NCBI GenBank assembly: GCA_951406725.2
Contig: OX597815.1
Location: 66,588,001 to 66,652,000, forward strand
Origin: Octopus vulgaris
Taxonomy: Eukaryota
Reading direction: 5' to 3'
Length of the DNA stretch: 64,000 nucleotides
The position numbers and the translations under genes are program-made. Shown here piece by piece: positions 50,289 to 63,951 of the stretch (its first letter is position 1; each line of letters begins with the position of its first letter). The notes under the pieces were generated by a model that had not been told where the DNA came from, did not search any database, and saw nothing but the letters and a program-made list of their open reading frames with translations.

Positions 50289-50456
50289 GTAATAATAAAT
50301 ATAATAGTAATAATAATAATAATAGTAATAATAATAATAGTAATAATAAATATAATAGTAATAATAATAATAATAATAATAGTAATAATAATAATAGTAA
50401 TAATAATAATAGTAATAATAATAATAGTAATAACAATAATAGTAATTATAATAATA

Positions 50457-50487
<31 letters not shown>

Positions 50488-50519
50488 TGATAGTAATAAT
50501 AATAATAGTAGTAGTAATG

Positions 50520-50552
<33 letters not shown>

Positions 50553-50700
50553 GTAATGATAATAATAATAATAGTAGTAGTAATGATAATAATATTAATA
50601 ATAATAATAATAATAATAATAGTAATGATAATAATAATAATAGTAGTAGTAATGATAATAATATTAATAATAATAATAATAATAATAATGATAATAATAA
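50172..50700. repeat. ~530-bp (TAA)n array with TAG/TGA variants
   Basis: Seen directly in the sequence. Confidence 0.97.
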
Positions 50701-51119
50701 CCCTTTCTACAATAGGCACAAAGCGTGAAATTTGGGAAAAAATTAATCGATTACGTCGACTTCAGTGTTTTCCTGGTACTTAATTACAACGACTTCTGTA
50801 CTTGTTGATTGGTACTTTATTTAATTGACCCTAAAAAAAGATGAAAGGCAAAGTCGACTTCAGCTGCATGCGAACTCAGAACTTTAGAAGTCAGAAGAAA
50901 TGTTGCTAAGCATTTTGTCCACCGCGCTAACGACTCTGCCAGCTCACAATAATAATAATAACCCTTTTTACTAAAGGCACAAAACCTGAAATTTTGGAGG
51001 AGGGGACAAGTCGATTACATCGACCCTAGTATTTTACTGGTACTTAATTCATCAACCCCGAAAGGATGAAAGGCAAGGTCGACCTCGGTGAAATTTGAAT
51101 GCAGAAAGTAGTTCTCAAA

Positions 51120-51159
<40 letters not shown>

Positions 51160-51429
51160 GTAATAATAAATTCTTTTATTGCTCACAAGGGCATGCATAA
51201 AAAACATGAGGATAATAGTAATAATAATTTCAACTTTTGGCACAAGGCCAGCAATTTCAGGAGAGGGAGTAAGTCGGTTACATCGATCCCACTGTTCAAC
51301 TGGTATTTATTTTATCGACCCCAAAATGATGAAAGGCAAAGTTAACTCCAATGGCATTTGAACTCAGAACGTAGAGACGCACGAAATGCCGTTAAGCACT
51401 TTTCCCGGTGTGCTAGATTCTGCCAGCTC

Positions 51430-51430
<1 letters not shown>
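50700..51430 (-). mobile_element. Three SINE B copies separated by (TAA)n
   Basis: 50700-50945, 50962-51110 and 51228-51430, each a reverse complement of family B with TAA tracts at the tail. Confidence 0.8.
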
Positions 51431-51476
<46 letters not shown>

Positions 51477-52323
51477 TCTTTTATTGGCCATAATACCCAC
51501 GACAACGACAACAACAATCACGATAATAATAAACATGATCACGATTTCCAGCGTAGACAGTATCCCAGCATTGCCGCAGTCCAATGACTAAAGCAAGTAC
51601 AAAGGTAAAAAGATAGGAAATTTGCCTCTATATGTAACACGCTAAACAACCTTATATAAAACTCTGGTCTATCATAGATAAAGTCTAACTTCTTGTGCCT
51701 CACTTAGTCTTCAAATGCCTTCTAGCGATCACTTTATACACGTACACGCATTTGTAGAGAGACAGACGCACACACAGAGGAACACACACATCTCACTTGG
51801 AGTATTTTCATGTTGGCATGGAGGTGGTGAATGACGTCGATTTAAAATGTAATAACGAGTAAATGTAATTTTTTCATGCTACGTATTGTAGCACATCGCC
51901 TAAAAATCAATGCAGTGGCAAGCCAGTAAGCTAATTGTACTCTATAACTACCCAACCACACCACACATACCCTTCATGGCCGTAATTGCTCCGCAGTTCA
52001 TGTCCTACATTATATATTGACCTCTGTATTAGGAGTCAAATGTCAAAATGACTGATTTTTATAAGTTAAAAGTTTTCATCTGACACGTAATTATATACAT
52101 ATTTAAACATATATGTTTATATAACATATACATAATATATAAACATATTCTTTCGAAAATCTTCAGTATACATTAATGTCTACTTATCACTATAAGCAGG
52201 CATAATGTATAAGCATATGTGTGTATGTCTATGTATGTATATTATATATATAAGTGTATACATATATACACACTTATATATGCATATGTGGTCATTTGTA
52301 TACGCATATATGTACATATGTAC

Positions 52324-52383
<60 letters not shown>

Positions 52384-52649
52384 CCAGCCATCTGAATGTG
52401 GCTAGGGACAGGGCGGGGTGGTGGGGGTGTTACTGATGCATTTAGCCCCAGGCGACTATAGACGTCACCAGGAGAGCCGACACCATCACGGTGTCCTTGC
52501 TAGCCTGTAAATGCATCAGTAACACCCCCACCACCCCGCCCTGTCCCTAGCCACATTCAGATGGCTGGTCCCGCTTATATTACAGAGCAGTTACTGTTTA
52601 TACCTCGCTTAGAGATTTATTATTGTTATATATATATATATATATATAT

Positions 52650-52830
52650 AGTTAATCCAAACAAGAAAGAACAAAAAAACACAACAACGCGAGGACGTGG
52701 AACAAATATAGTATTATTGGACGCTCAGGAAAGAAGGAGGGTTTAACGTTTCGAGCGAAGCTCTTCGTCGGAAACATAGGAGAAGGAAAAATCCAGAGAA
52801 AGGAAGACAGAGGAAAAAAATCGCCAAAAA
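52650..52830 (-). mobile_element. Penelope-like pseudo-LTR fragment with a minimal hammerhead-like motif
   Basis: Minus strand CCGACGA-AGAGC-TTC-GCTC-GAAAC-GTTA (52775-52743), embedded in (TA)n. Confidence 0.5.
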
Positions 52831-52870
<40 letters not shown>

Positions 52871-53008
52871 AGAAAGGGGTAGGGAAGAAAAGACAAAAAG
52901 AAGAGAGAGAAAAAGAGAAAGGACAGAAAGAGAGAGGGGATAGCTAAATCATATACGTTTACAGATTTTAGAATATTTATATTTTGCTTTAATAAATGCA
53001 AACGTACA

Positions 53009-53108
<100 letters not shown>

Positions 53109-53149
53109 GGTATGTATGTATGTATGTATGTATGTATGTATGTATACTG

Positions 53150-53744
53150 ATATGTTTACGTCCCCGTAACATAGCGGTTCGGCAAAAGAAACCGATAGAA
53201 TAAGTACTAGGCTTACAAAGACTAAGTCCTAGGGTCGATTTGCTCGACTAAAGGCGGTGCTCCAGCATGGCCACAGTCAAATTACTGAAGCAAGTAAAAG
53301 AATACATAGGCGCACGCGTGGCTGTGTGGTAAGAAACTTGCTTCCCAACCACATGGTTCCGAATTCAGTCCCACTGCGTGGCACCTTGCGCAAGTGTCTT
53401 CTACTATTGCGTCGGGCAATCAAAGCCTTGTGAGTGGATTTGGAAGATGGAAACTGAAAGAAGCCTGTCGTGTATGTAAATAATGTGTGTGTGTGTCTGT
53501 GTGTGTGTGTGCGCGCGTGTCTGTGTGTGTGCGTACTTATGTCTTTGTGTCTGTGTTTGTCCCCCCACCATCACTTCATAAGCGATGTTGGTGAATTTAT
53601 TCCCTGCAACTTAGCGGTTCGACAAAAATGCCGATAAGTACTAGGCTTGCAAAGCATAAGTTCTGGGATCGATTTCTTCGACTAAAAAAACCTTTTAAGG
53701 CAGTGCTCCAGCATGGCCGCAGTCGAATGACTGAAATAAATAAA

Positions 53745-53745
<1 letters not shown>
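53150..53745 (+). mobile_element. SINE A 3' half followed head-to-tail by a full SINE A
   Basis: 53150-53300 tail half; 53308-53745 full copy. Confidence 0.85.
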
Positions 53746-53816
<71 letters not shown>

Positions 53817-53889
53817 AAAAGAAATATATATATATGTATATATATGTATATATAAGAAATATATATATATATATATATAGATATAAAAG

Positions 53890-53921
<32 letters not shown>

Positions 53922-54667
53922 ACAAAACAAACGTTGGTGAAACCCCAAACTCTCTTCACCTACCAACTAAATATTAGTGCAACTTTGGCACCTTTTGACA
54001 GGATCACTTAATCTAGCTGTGTCAGTCGCATTGAAATCAATAAGGAGAGAAATGAAAGGGGGCAAAAAAACTGAGCGATAGGATATATGTGGGTATATGA
54101 AAAATAGAGAACAGAACTATAACAGAAAAATTACCAACCATTACCAAAACAGGGAAATGTAGAATACGGAACAAAATGTAAGATTCCAGGAGTTAGAGCA
54201 AAATCTGAGTTAAAAGAAAAAGAAATGACGATGATGATGATGATGATGACGATGGTGATGATCATAATGATGATGATGGTCGTGATGATGATAATGATGC
54301 CTGGAGGGTAATGTAATAAATTATATGGATTGTTCAAGACTAGAACCCCTCCAGTCATAGATAAGGGCGGATCTAGGGCTAAGCAGCAAGGGTCAATATA
54401 ATGTATTTTTAACATGTTCCCGCTCATTAGAACGCGAAAGGTATTCAAAAATCTTTTGAACGGGATGGGCTACTGAACCTGAAGAAAATTCTAATTGGGC
54501 CCCACCTACAAAGTCATGAGCTGTTTATCTTGATATAAGATTACCATGTCGCGCACATGTGGTTGTGATGCATGTGCCTGTATCAGATGGATAGTCATGA
54601 TGGGTATAATGGTCTTCGTATATTTTGCCCCAGTGTCACTTTGATGGCATGCGCCGCTCTCTCACTC

Positions 54668-54706
<39 letters not shown>

Positions 54707-56844
54707 CCTTTCTGTGAAAGGCATAAGGCCTGAAATTGTGGCGGGGGGGTCGATTAGATTGATCCCAGTGCTAAACTGGTACTTATTTCATCGACCTCGA
54801 ATGGATGAAAAGCAAAGTCGACCTCGACTAACAGTTCTGCCAGCTCACCGCCTAAGACGATGAATGATGTTGATGATATACGGGTAACGTAATCACTGAT
54901 CTACAAAAATACGAACTGTCCACGGCTAGAACCCCTTCTATCTTGTCGATAAGGGCTGATGTGGGGCTAAACAACGGTAATAACAAACATCGCCTTAGAA
55001 TTTCATTATCCGAGAGAAATATTACAAGGCGGAACTAGACTGCTTCTAGGACCCGTGGAGTTCAGGGGTCAAGTTAAAATTTTGATAGTGTAGTGAGGGT
55101 TTTTTCTTCTTTTATAAAGGACTTCCAGATATTCACGGGTCTCTTCTTCGGTATTCTGGCCGTTCCTGTACTGACTAAACCCTTCTCTTATAGGCCTTGT
55201 AGTGTAAACACTCACCATCAACAATATTCAATAATATGAAGCTCTGGAGCCAACGAGGGAGTCTCTTCATGTTTGACATAGTAGCCACACCTCCCGCCAC
55301 ACACCATTCCTACTGTCTTTACAGAGAACATTGGATAATGTGGTTCTGGGTTCCCTGCACTCAGAAAATACAGGATAGTCACCACTGGAACGTCCTTGCT
55401 CAAAGCTCTGCTTAATCAAGGCTGACCTGGAGCTGAACAACAACGACACATGAAATGAAATTGCTTTCTCTCTGCTTCTCTCTCTTTATATCTCTATCTC
55501 TTTCACTCTACCCCTCTTTCTCTCTATCTAATTACCTGTATCTCTCTCTCTCCCTCTCTCTCTCTCTCTCTGCCTCTCTCTCTCTCTCCCTCTCTCTCTC
55601 TCTCTCCCTCTCTCTCTCAATATATATATCTATTTATTGTTTTGTTTTTTTCTAATTACATGCCCGTGATTTGTTCTAAAGATTTGTTACGTAACACAGA
55701 AAGGTTCCAACGTGCAATGAGAGGGTGATGTTGGATCGATACAGAACGATATTACGGAAAAGGGAGAAAATGTTTTAGACGCTTGTATACAGAAACTAGA
55801 TTCTAAAATTGTGCAAAACAGTGAGTGGATTGTTGTGAGACATATCATGGATGGATGGCTATAGGTTCTTAGATGTTTTGGGAGTGGTGGATAGATAGTA
55901 AAGATTTGAATGTATGATGGATGGAGCAGTTCGAAGAGAAAGTATCAATTACAAATAATAGATAACATAAAGCCTTAATGCTTGCCCAGTAAGGCTCTCC
56001 ATGGGGTGGGAGGGGATATAGTTTGGAAAGAATGAAAGAAAATAATAAAGGAAAATAAAGGAAATAGAGATGAATGTAAGAGCGAAAATGTCAGAGTGTC
56101 TCGGCGTGAGTCATCGGTTTGATAGTAGAAAAGAGGAAGGGGTTTATCGGTTTAGTCATGGAACAGGAACAAACCCAAACAATATACGAAAATGTTAACC
56201 TCGCTGGGTTTTGAGTCACAGATCTTATTCAGTCAGACCTGTCATAGTTAAATCAATTGAAATTTATAAAATTAGCGATGATGGAGATGGGAGACGGGTG
56301 GAAGATGTGGTGAATATGTGTCTTAGAAATTAATTTTACAATAAACTAAGAAAATTCGTAGCATTCATAGAAATTAAATATTGATTTGAACTGAATAGGT
56401 CTTTAGTAATTCTATAACACTGAATCGTTATTATTTTTCATTAATTAGTTAATTACCTTTTTTTTTTAGCTTAACTAGTTGCTATTTATGAATCAAATTT
56501 TACCCCGCAGTTATAATGATAAAGTTAAAAAACAAATTATTTTGTTATTTTTGGCTAATAAACTTGAAGTTATGCTGTGCAATTTCAGCAAAAGAAGTCA
56601 GAATTTTTGGAAAATTTGTCAAAAGCAAAAGAAAAGAAAGGAAAAAAGAATAAGGAAAAAGAGAGAAAGAAAGAGAAAAAGATAAAGAAAAAGAAAAAAG
56701 GTTACAGAGTTACAGACATTAATTTCTAGGAAGTTTTGCACGTTTAAAAAAGTCGAAGAAATTAATAAAATTTTATACGAAATGTTAATAACAGCATTGT
56801 GAATTTCAAGCAAATGTTACTGAACTTGCTGTGAAAATGAAAAT

Positions 56845-57017
56845 GAGTTGGCAGAAACGTTAGCACGCCGGGCGAAATGCTTACCTGTATTTCGTCTATC
56901 TTTACGTCCTGAGTTCAAATTCCGCCGACGTCGAGTTTGCCTTTCGGGGTCGATAAGTTAAGTACTAGTTGCGTACTGCGGTTGATCTAATTGACTGGCT
57001 CCCTCCCCCAAAATTTC
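56845..57017 (+). mobile_element. SINE B copy
   Basis: GAGTTGGCAGAAACGTTAGCACGCCGGGCGAAATGC...GAGTTCAAATTCCGCCG. Confidence 0.8.
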
Positions 57018-57500
57018 TCATATACAATTATTAATAGATTTTTTTTTGTTTTTGTTTTGTGTAGCACGACACACTAAAGTTTCCTCAAACCCAAAGTAAA
57101 TACAAATAACAAACAAAAAAAAGTACTAAGATCGTTCGTAGTTAATATTAGTAGGCCGATGCTCAAAGAAGGAATAAAAGTTATAGAGTAAAAATTGCAA
57201 AGTTTTGGATATAGTCCTTCATCGAATACCAGAGGAAAATCCAAGACAGACTAGGAAAAGAAGAATGGAGATAAAAAAGAAAAGAAGAGAGCCAGGGGAA
57301 AATGCATGTGTGATAGGTTTACATGAACAATCCATTCACTTGCTTTATATTATATTTCAGAATCTGGTTTGCCTATAAAAACGTAAGTCCTCCCCTTTTC
57401 TGAATTATCATTTTATATCAATCAAATATCATCTAACATTCTCACGTAACAGATTTTTGTGACAAATCACGGACATGTAACTAAGAAAACTAACAGACAA

Positions 57501-57521
57501 CTAGCTAGCTAGCTAGCTAGC

Positions 57522-57610
<89 letters not shown>

Positions 57611-57619
57611 GGATGGATG

Positions 57620-57675
<56 letters not shown>
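57501..57675. repeat. Compound (CTAG)n(ATAG)n(ATGG)n(AG)n microsatellite
   Basis: Seen directly in the sequence. Confidence 0.95.
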
Positions 57676-57679
<4 letters not shown>

Positions 57680-60600
57680 AGTGGATAGGTAGACCGCGTT
57701 GCATTTTAAGAGTTGCATAAAAATGTTACGAATGGTATCATGAACAAAGGCTTTACCTATGTCCTTTACAGATCCTCCGATACTCAAAATGGACACCTTG
57801 TCTGAATACTTTCAAAAAAACACAATGGACTCTGCTAAAGGCAACTTAGGTGCTGGTGATGATGTTAAACTGGACGACGAATAAAGTTTACCACCCACTT
57901 GCAGTTATGACTAGAAAAGACGTTTCTCTGCTATAAAGTTAATATCTGGTCACTGGCGGTACGTTGTACTTTGTAGAAATCACTAACAAATCCCGCTAAC
58001 CCCAAATATCTGGAATCAAAACAGATAATTAAGAGCGAATGAAGAGCAGACAAGACACAAACAAATAGGGAGACAACGAGAGATACAGAGAGAAGATGAG
58101 TCAATAGTTGAGAGTGGAGCTGGCTGGGAAACTGGACTCCAATATTTGTAGAGGATGTTCTTAATCTTTTCCGACCTATCTACACTACGGTAGAAGAGAG
58201 AACTGTCGGAAGAAATGATTTGGAGAAAGAGACTTTCGAAGAAATACAGTTTTTGTGAAGGGTTTGGCAAAATGTTCAGAAATCATCTTTTTTGCTTTTT
58301 CGTCAAGAAAGAAGACAGCAATAGCTTAGTTAGGAGTAGCAAGGGGACAATCCGCCCCAGATGGCGCTCTTATGGGGGCGACACTTTGAGGTCTGCTGTA
58401 AAAGCCTTTATAGACTTGGGACCCGGGTGGTGATGCAAACTCAAGCTCCGCTTTGAATAGCGCACACGCTTGCTATGTCACTTGAAGGCAGTGCCTACGA
58501 TCTTTTTCAGGGCCTCCAAGACAGGTGAGAAGGAGGGAGTTAAGTTCAAATGAGAGACTCAGCCTGGAGTGGATATCAGGTAAAGAATTAAGTCTACAAC
58601 CCGAGTAGGCGTTGGAGGGAATTCGACTCTAGAACACAAAGACCAGATCAAATACTATAATGCATCAACTCTGATGTTCTTACACTTCCACCAATCCGCC
58701 ATCCTGAACTGGTACTCTTTTATCACCCACAAAAGGCTGAAACGTAAAGTTGACTTAGAAGGGATTTGAACTCAGAACGCCGAGAGGAATCAGAATAAAT
58801 ACCTCAAAGTATTCTACCTAAAGCTTTAATGACTCTGCTAGTTCACCGCTTGGAGAGTCAAGTAATGACAGTAAAAGGAGGAGAATCTGGTGCATGGAAT
58901 ATATTTAGATGTGAGCGATGAACAGTTAATAAGTATAGGGTTGTTCTTTACAGAAAATTAAATTGTTATTTGATCTGGTGAACGCCGGTATAGTAAACTA
59001 GTCAAGGAATTCATTCCGTTACAAGGAAGCCTCGAGTTCGTTCCTACTATGTGACATCTAGCGGTTTTTCTTTCTTTATTTTTCACCTTAGTCTCAAGTT
59101 GATCGAAGCCTTGTGAGCAAGGTCTAAAGATTGGGGTTTCAACCCAGCTTATCTACATCGGAGACCAAAGAACTGAAGAGGGACTCGTGAATATTCGACA
59201 AGGTCGTCTCTCTAAAACTAAAATAAAATAAAAACAAAGGAGAGAAAAGAAAAAGAAGTAAAATCTCACAGCTGTCTTGAATTCTAAGCGGACCTCTACT
59301 TTCAAAAGCAGTTGGATTCCACCTGTTTTAGGTAGACAGAAATTGCGGTGTAGAAGACCGTCGGTTAGTCCTATCTGTAAATGAAAGGCCCAGCCTTTTC
59401 ACATATTGTGTCACGCTGATTTGGCCTAAGAATTACATGAAGGGAATACTTACCTGCGGGAATTAATTTGATGAGTAGGCAGTTCAGTTGATTGAACAAC
59501 TAAAAATCCATCGTCGACACTGGCGGAGAATATAAATGCTGTTTAAGGCGTACATCTATCCTCGTTTATCACTGATTCAGGAAAACATTGTGAACCATGT
59601 TACGCTTATCACGAATTCATCTATGATAACACGAATTAGCAATCGGTCAAAAATTTTTCTTGGACCAAAGTGCAACCCAGCGACCATCCACATTGCTCAG
59701 CTGCACAGAATGCATTGATTATCACTTGTGATTACATCACCGTGTTGCGGGTCTACGTTTTTTATTTAATGTTTAATATGGATTTGCGTAGATGTCGCCA
59801 TCAAACAACATGGGACCAATGAATAGAAAAAAATATTTTTCGTTGTTATATCATTATTTATTGATCATACCAAATTTTACTTTAAATATTACTGCGGTCA
59901 TGAAACAATATCAATATGTTTGGGATGTTGTTTAGTGGTGGGACAACTTGGGGTCTCGAAATGAAGCATAATTTTTCCCCGTGTTCTATTATTCCGTTAT
60001 CATTTATTCATTTAACACGGTGCTTTGTTGTTTTCAACTAAACACCTATGATAGACATGGATATATGTATTGATTTTTTTCCTTAATTATTCTCTTTTTT
60101 AACTAATTAAATTGTCAACGTTCGCTAATTTTGTTATTGAAATTTAATTTTCTGATCTTTCGGTATTGTACTTTATAACCTTAGCAACCACAATAGATTT
60201 GTGAGTCCGACCTAAAGGTTTTGTCAATCAGTGTGCCACCTGTTAGAAAGGTAGATAAATAAACATACAAATAAATACCTCTCTCTCGCGTGCGCACACA
60301 CATACATACAAAAGGTAGATAAATAAACATACAAATACACATATACATAAAAATCTCACACACACTCAAATACACATATATACACACATACACTGTTACA
60401 CACACATACACATACACAAATACATACACACAAAAGGTAGATAAATAAGTACTTCACACACACACACACTCACCCCACCACAACACATGCATGTACAGAC
60501 TCGTGCGCGCATGCACACACGTATGGACATAGCCGTACACACAAATTTACGTGATGACTAGACGTCATATGTCTACTGTATGAAAGATGACTTGGGGCTA

Positions 60601-61066
60601 AATAACACCATCAGACGTCACTAACATATCCTTCCAAATCTCGTACAAATACCATCAATGGCCTGACACCTGCTCAGTAAAGTAGATAATCAACAACAAT
60701 AAAAACAACAATAGCAACAATGACGATGACGACGTCACCAGCAACAACAACAACGACAGTAACACTGAAATAATTAACATTCAAATTAAGAATATATCTA
60801 TAACTACGATAAGGCTTTAGATAAGATTGTAAGATGCACTTAGTGGCCACCCCCTCGCTAGTGATTGTTATAACGTCCTCCTTAATTAAGTGTTACTGTT
60901 TAGAAATACAAATTCTCTCACATGCTGATGATGGAATTATCTCCTGAGGTTGGTGGTCGTCGTCGTTCTTGTTGTTTAACCCCAAATCAACCGTAGTTAA
61001 GCAGACCTCTGATCAAAAGCATCCCAGTTCTAGCATCCCTAATTTTTTTTAACCCATAGCTATGTA

Positions 61067-61891
61067 TGAGGTGGTAACAAAAAGTTCCCGGACTAGTTAT
61101 GGTAAATAAAAAATGATTTATTTACCTAAGTTTTAACATTATCTCCTTCGAAATAGTCCCCTTGCGCAGCAATACACTTTTGGAATCTGACCTGGAAAAC
61201 GTTTTCTGTAAGCGAGTCGAAGACCTTCTGCTGTTCGCTCTGGATCTTGACAACGGTGTTAAAACAGCGACCTTTGAGTTGCATTTTCACCTCGAGGAAG
61301 AGATGGAAGCCTGCAAGTGCTAAACCTGGCAAATATATTATTGGCGAGAAACTCACGAGCAGGGAGAGCTCGGCGAAAAATCCAATTCTTTCGCGCTCCT
61401 CAAATCCGGTCACTTTTGCCAAATGTCCTTCCTCAAACGCTTCAAAACGTCGCAGTAGAACTCTCAATTGATGGTCTGACCTGGGGGTAGGGGCATTCTC
61501 GATGCGCAATACCACATTTCAAAGGGTGGTGACGCTCGTGGCGAGTCGTCCAAATCGCTCATCGTCTTCCAGTGACGTTCTTCCGTTTTTGAAGCGCCCG
61601 TGTCACTGGAAACATTGCGTACAACCCACTGTCTCGTGGCCGTAAGCTTGCCAGAGCATGCTCAATGTCTCTGTAGCAGACTTCTCAAGTTTAACGCACA
61701 ATTTCACGTTGGCTCTTCGTTCCTGTCCATGACAAAATCGCAGACTACAGCATACACGTGATCACAAAACACAAATTTCACAACTTGTGAAGTAAATAGC
61801 GATGTCACTCGGTATACTACCTCATGAAGGTCACTGCTAGCTCTCACTGCGCACTCCAGAACTAGTCCGGGAACTTTTTGATACCACCTCA
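61067..61891 (-). mobile_element. Internally deleted mariner element with TIRs and TA TSD
   Basis: TIR TGAGGTGGTA(A/T)CAAAAAGTTCCCGGACTAGTT at both ends, flanked by TA. HTH remnant KSATETLSML..AYG...RFKNGRTSLEDDER and decayed YSPDLAP motif (YLPGLALAGFHLF..VKMQLKG). Confidence 0.88.
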
Positions 61892-62329
61892 TATATCTGG
61901 GAACAATTACCTAGCATATCACTCATTTCTAAGACATTAGGTTCTAATGTGAGGAAGATTTGGGTGCTTCTTTTAGCACGTCGAACGACCTCTTAGAATA
62001 TCTTTCTCTCTCTCTCTCTCTTCCCCCTTTCTCTCACTTCCCTTCTCTCCCTTCCACTCTTCTCTCTTCCTCTCTCTCTGATGTACCTTACATGCAAGAT
62101 GCGTGTAATATGATTGGTGCCAGTCATCAGGAGCGCGCTGAAATGTACGATTCCCAGCAGAGCTAACAACGAAACTCTGACATCATGCGATACATTATAA
62201 AGAGGGTAGGGGTAATAAACCGGGTTTGGTGGGGCTCTAATCTACTGCAGTCAATCCAAACCCTTCGACAATAGCCCAGATGCGGTGGATTACCACATGA
62301 ACATGTAGTTAGTTGTAGTCATTTTCGAT

Positions 62330-62800
62330 GAGCTCAGTGATTTACTGTGGTCACAACGTAACATGAATTTCTCAACAAAATTCGAAGTTCACCGAGCAAG
62401 GTTACTTATCCTATCTGTTGAATTCTGCTGAGGCGTACACATTGTGTCGTTGGCATAACAAAATATGAGATGCTACTTGTGCCAGTTACGATCCATAATG
62501 AACGTTTATTGGTGAGAATACATTTCTAACGAGGACGTCCTGCATGTCTAAATTTGTGTATTGCCGAGTTTGACTTGTGTGAAATTGCATTTGCTTCTTG
62601 TGAGATATATGATCCGCATGGAGAATACAAAAATCACCCATACTGTCCTCTACAGCAAGCTGAAATGTGGAAACTGTCGCAGAGGACACCGGAACTCCGT
62701 TATAAGGACGCCATCAAGCAACATCTTTAAGAGGTGGATGGCCTGATGGCGTCTGCGTGTGAGAAGAGAATGTCTGACAGCAAATAATGACAGAGAATGT
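62330..62800 (+). pseudogene. Highly decayed RTE LINE C-terminal fragment
   Basis: IRMENTKITHTVLYSKLKCGNCRRG...RYKD resembles the RTE RMxxxRxPxxxLYxxLxxGxRxxG motif. Confidence 0.55.
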
Positions 62801-63904
62801 AATAAACAAAAGAGTGAATGCTGCAGAGTCTAACAGTATGAAATAACAAGGAGAAAAGAAAGAAAAAAAAACTAAAATAAAACCCACTACACCAGAACAG
62901 TATTATGTAATGATATATGTTCATTTTTTTCCCTCGCGTTTCGGACTTCTGCAATTTTTATTGACAATACATGTATGTGTATGTATACATAATAAATATA
63001 ATGTAATCATGCATGCATATGTTTATACAATAGGATCGTTTATATTTGTTTATCTAAATAATTTAGAGCAAAAAAAGATCGCAAGTGTCTTCTACGCCTT
63101 GGGCTGACCAAAGCCTTGTGAGCGGATTTGGTCGACAGAAGCTGAAAAAATCCCGTCGTATATAAATGTAGTGGATCTTGCATGCATGAAGTGGATTTGA
63201 TCCAACATAGCCAAATTTAAATTAACACTGCAACAGAACTGTTCCCACGGTGGAACAATGGTTTTTCTCTGACAGCAGTTTTACATTTTCCAGTTGCCTT
63301 TAGCTAGGCCGAAATAATGTCTTCACCACTTGACCCTTTCTAACCTCTTCTACTTCAAGAAAAGCTAGAATAGAGATAACAAGACCACCAACTAAATCTA
63401 TTGTTCTCAATGATATATCTATCCTTCTGGATAGATATATAAACAAGCACATCCCAAGCAAGAATCAGTTAGTCACCAACCGGTGACAACTCCGTGAGAA
63501 CGAAGTCTGACTAACCAGCTAGAACCTTGGTCAGAGGGAGAAATGAAGTTTACTGTTAGCTACTGTGAGACAACGTCCCACACCCTACAACTCTCACTAG
63601 TTCTAATTCTGTTCTCTTACAACATCATTCTATCTCACTCTGTATTTACTACTAAACAATGAAGAGGACACAAACACAAACTTTACTTCGCATGCTTTTG
63701 GGGTCATCATAACCTGCTCGTCGAGGCAAGGTATTGTAACGTAACGGTAAATAAATATTTCCTTAAAACTTCATACATTGTTCATCTTTCAAAACAACAA
63801 ATTTTTATCGTCACAACTACTGACTCTCACATACCATATTATTGTTTACAATTAATTTCTATCGTTACAACTGGTGACCCTCGACTTCAACAAAAACTTT
63901 ACCG

Positions 63905-63951
<47 letters not shown>

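Noticed and set aside
50114-50783. Poly-Ile/poly-Leu ORFs of 98-218 aa
   Set aside because: Translations of the (TAA)n microsatellite.
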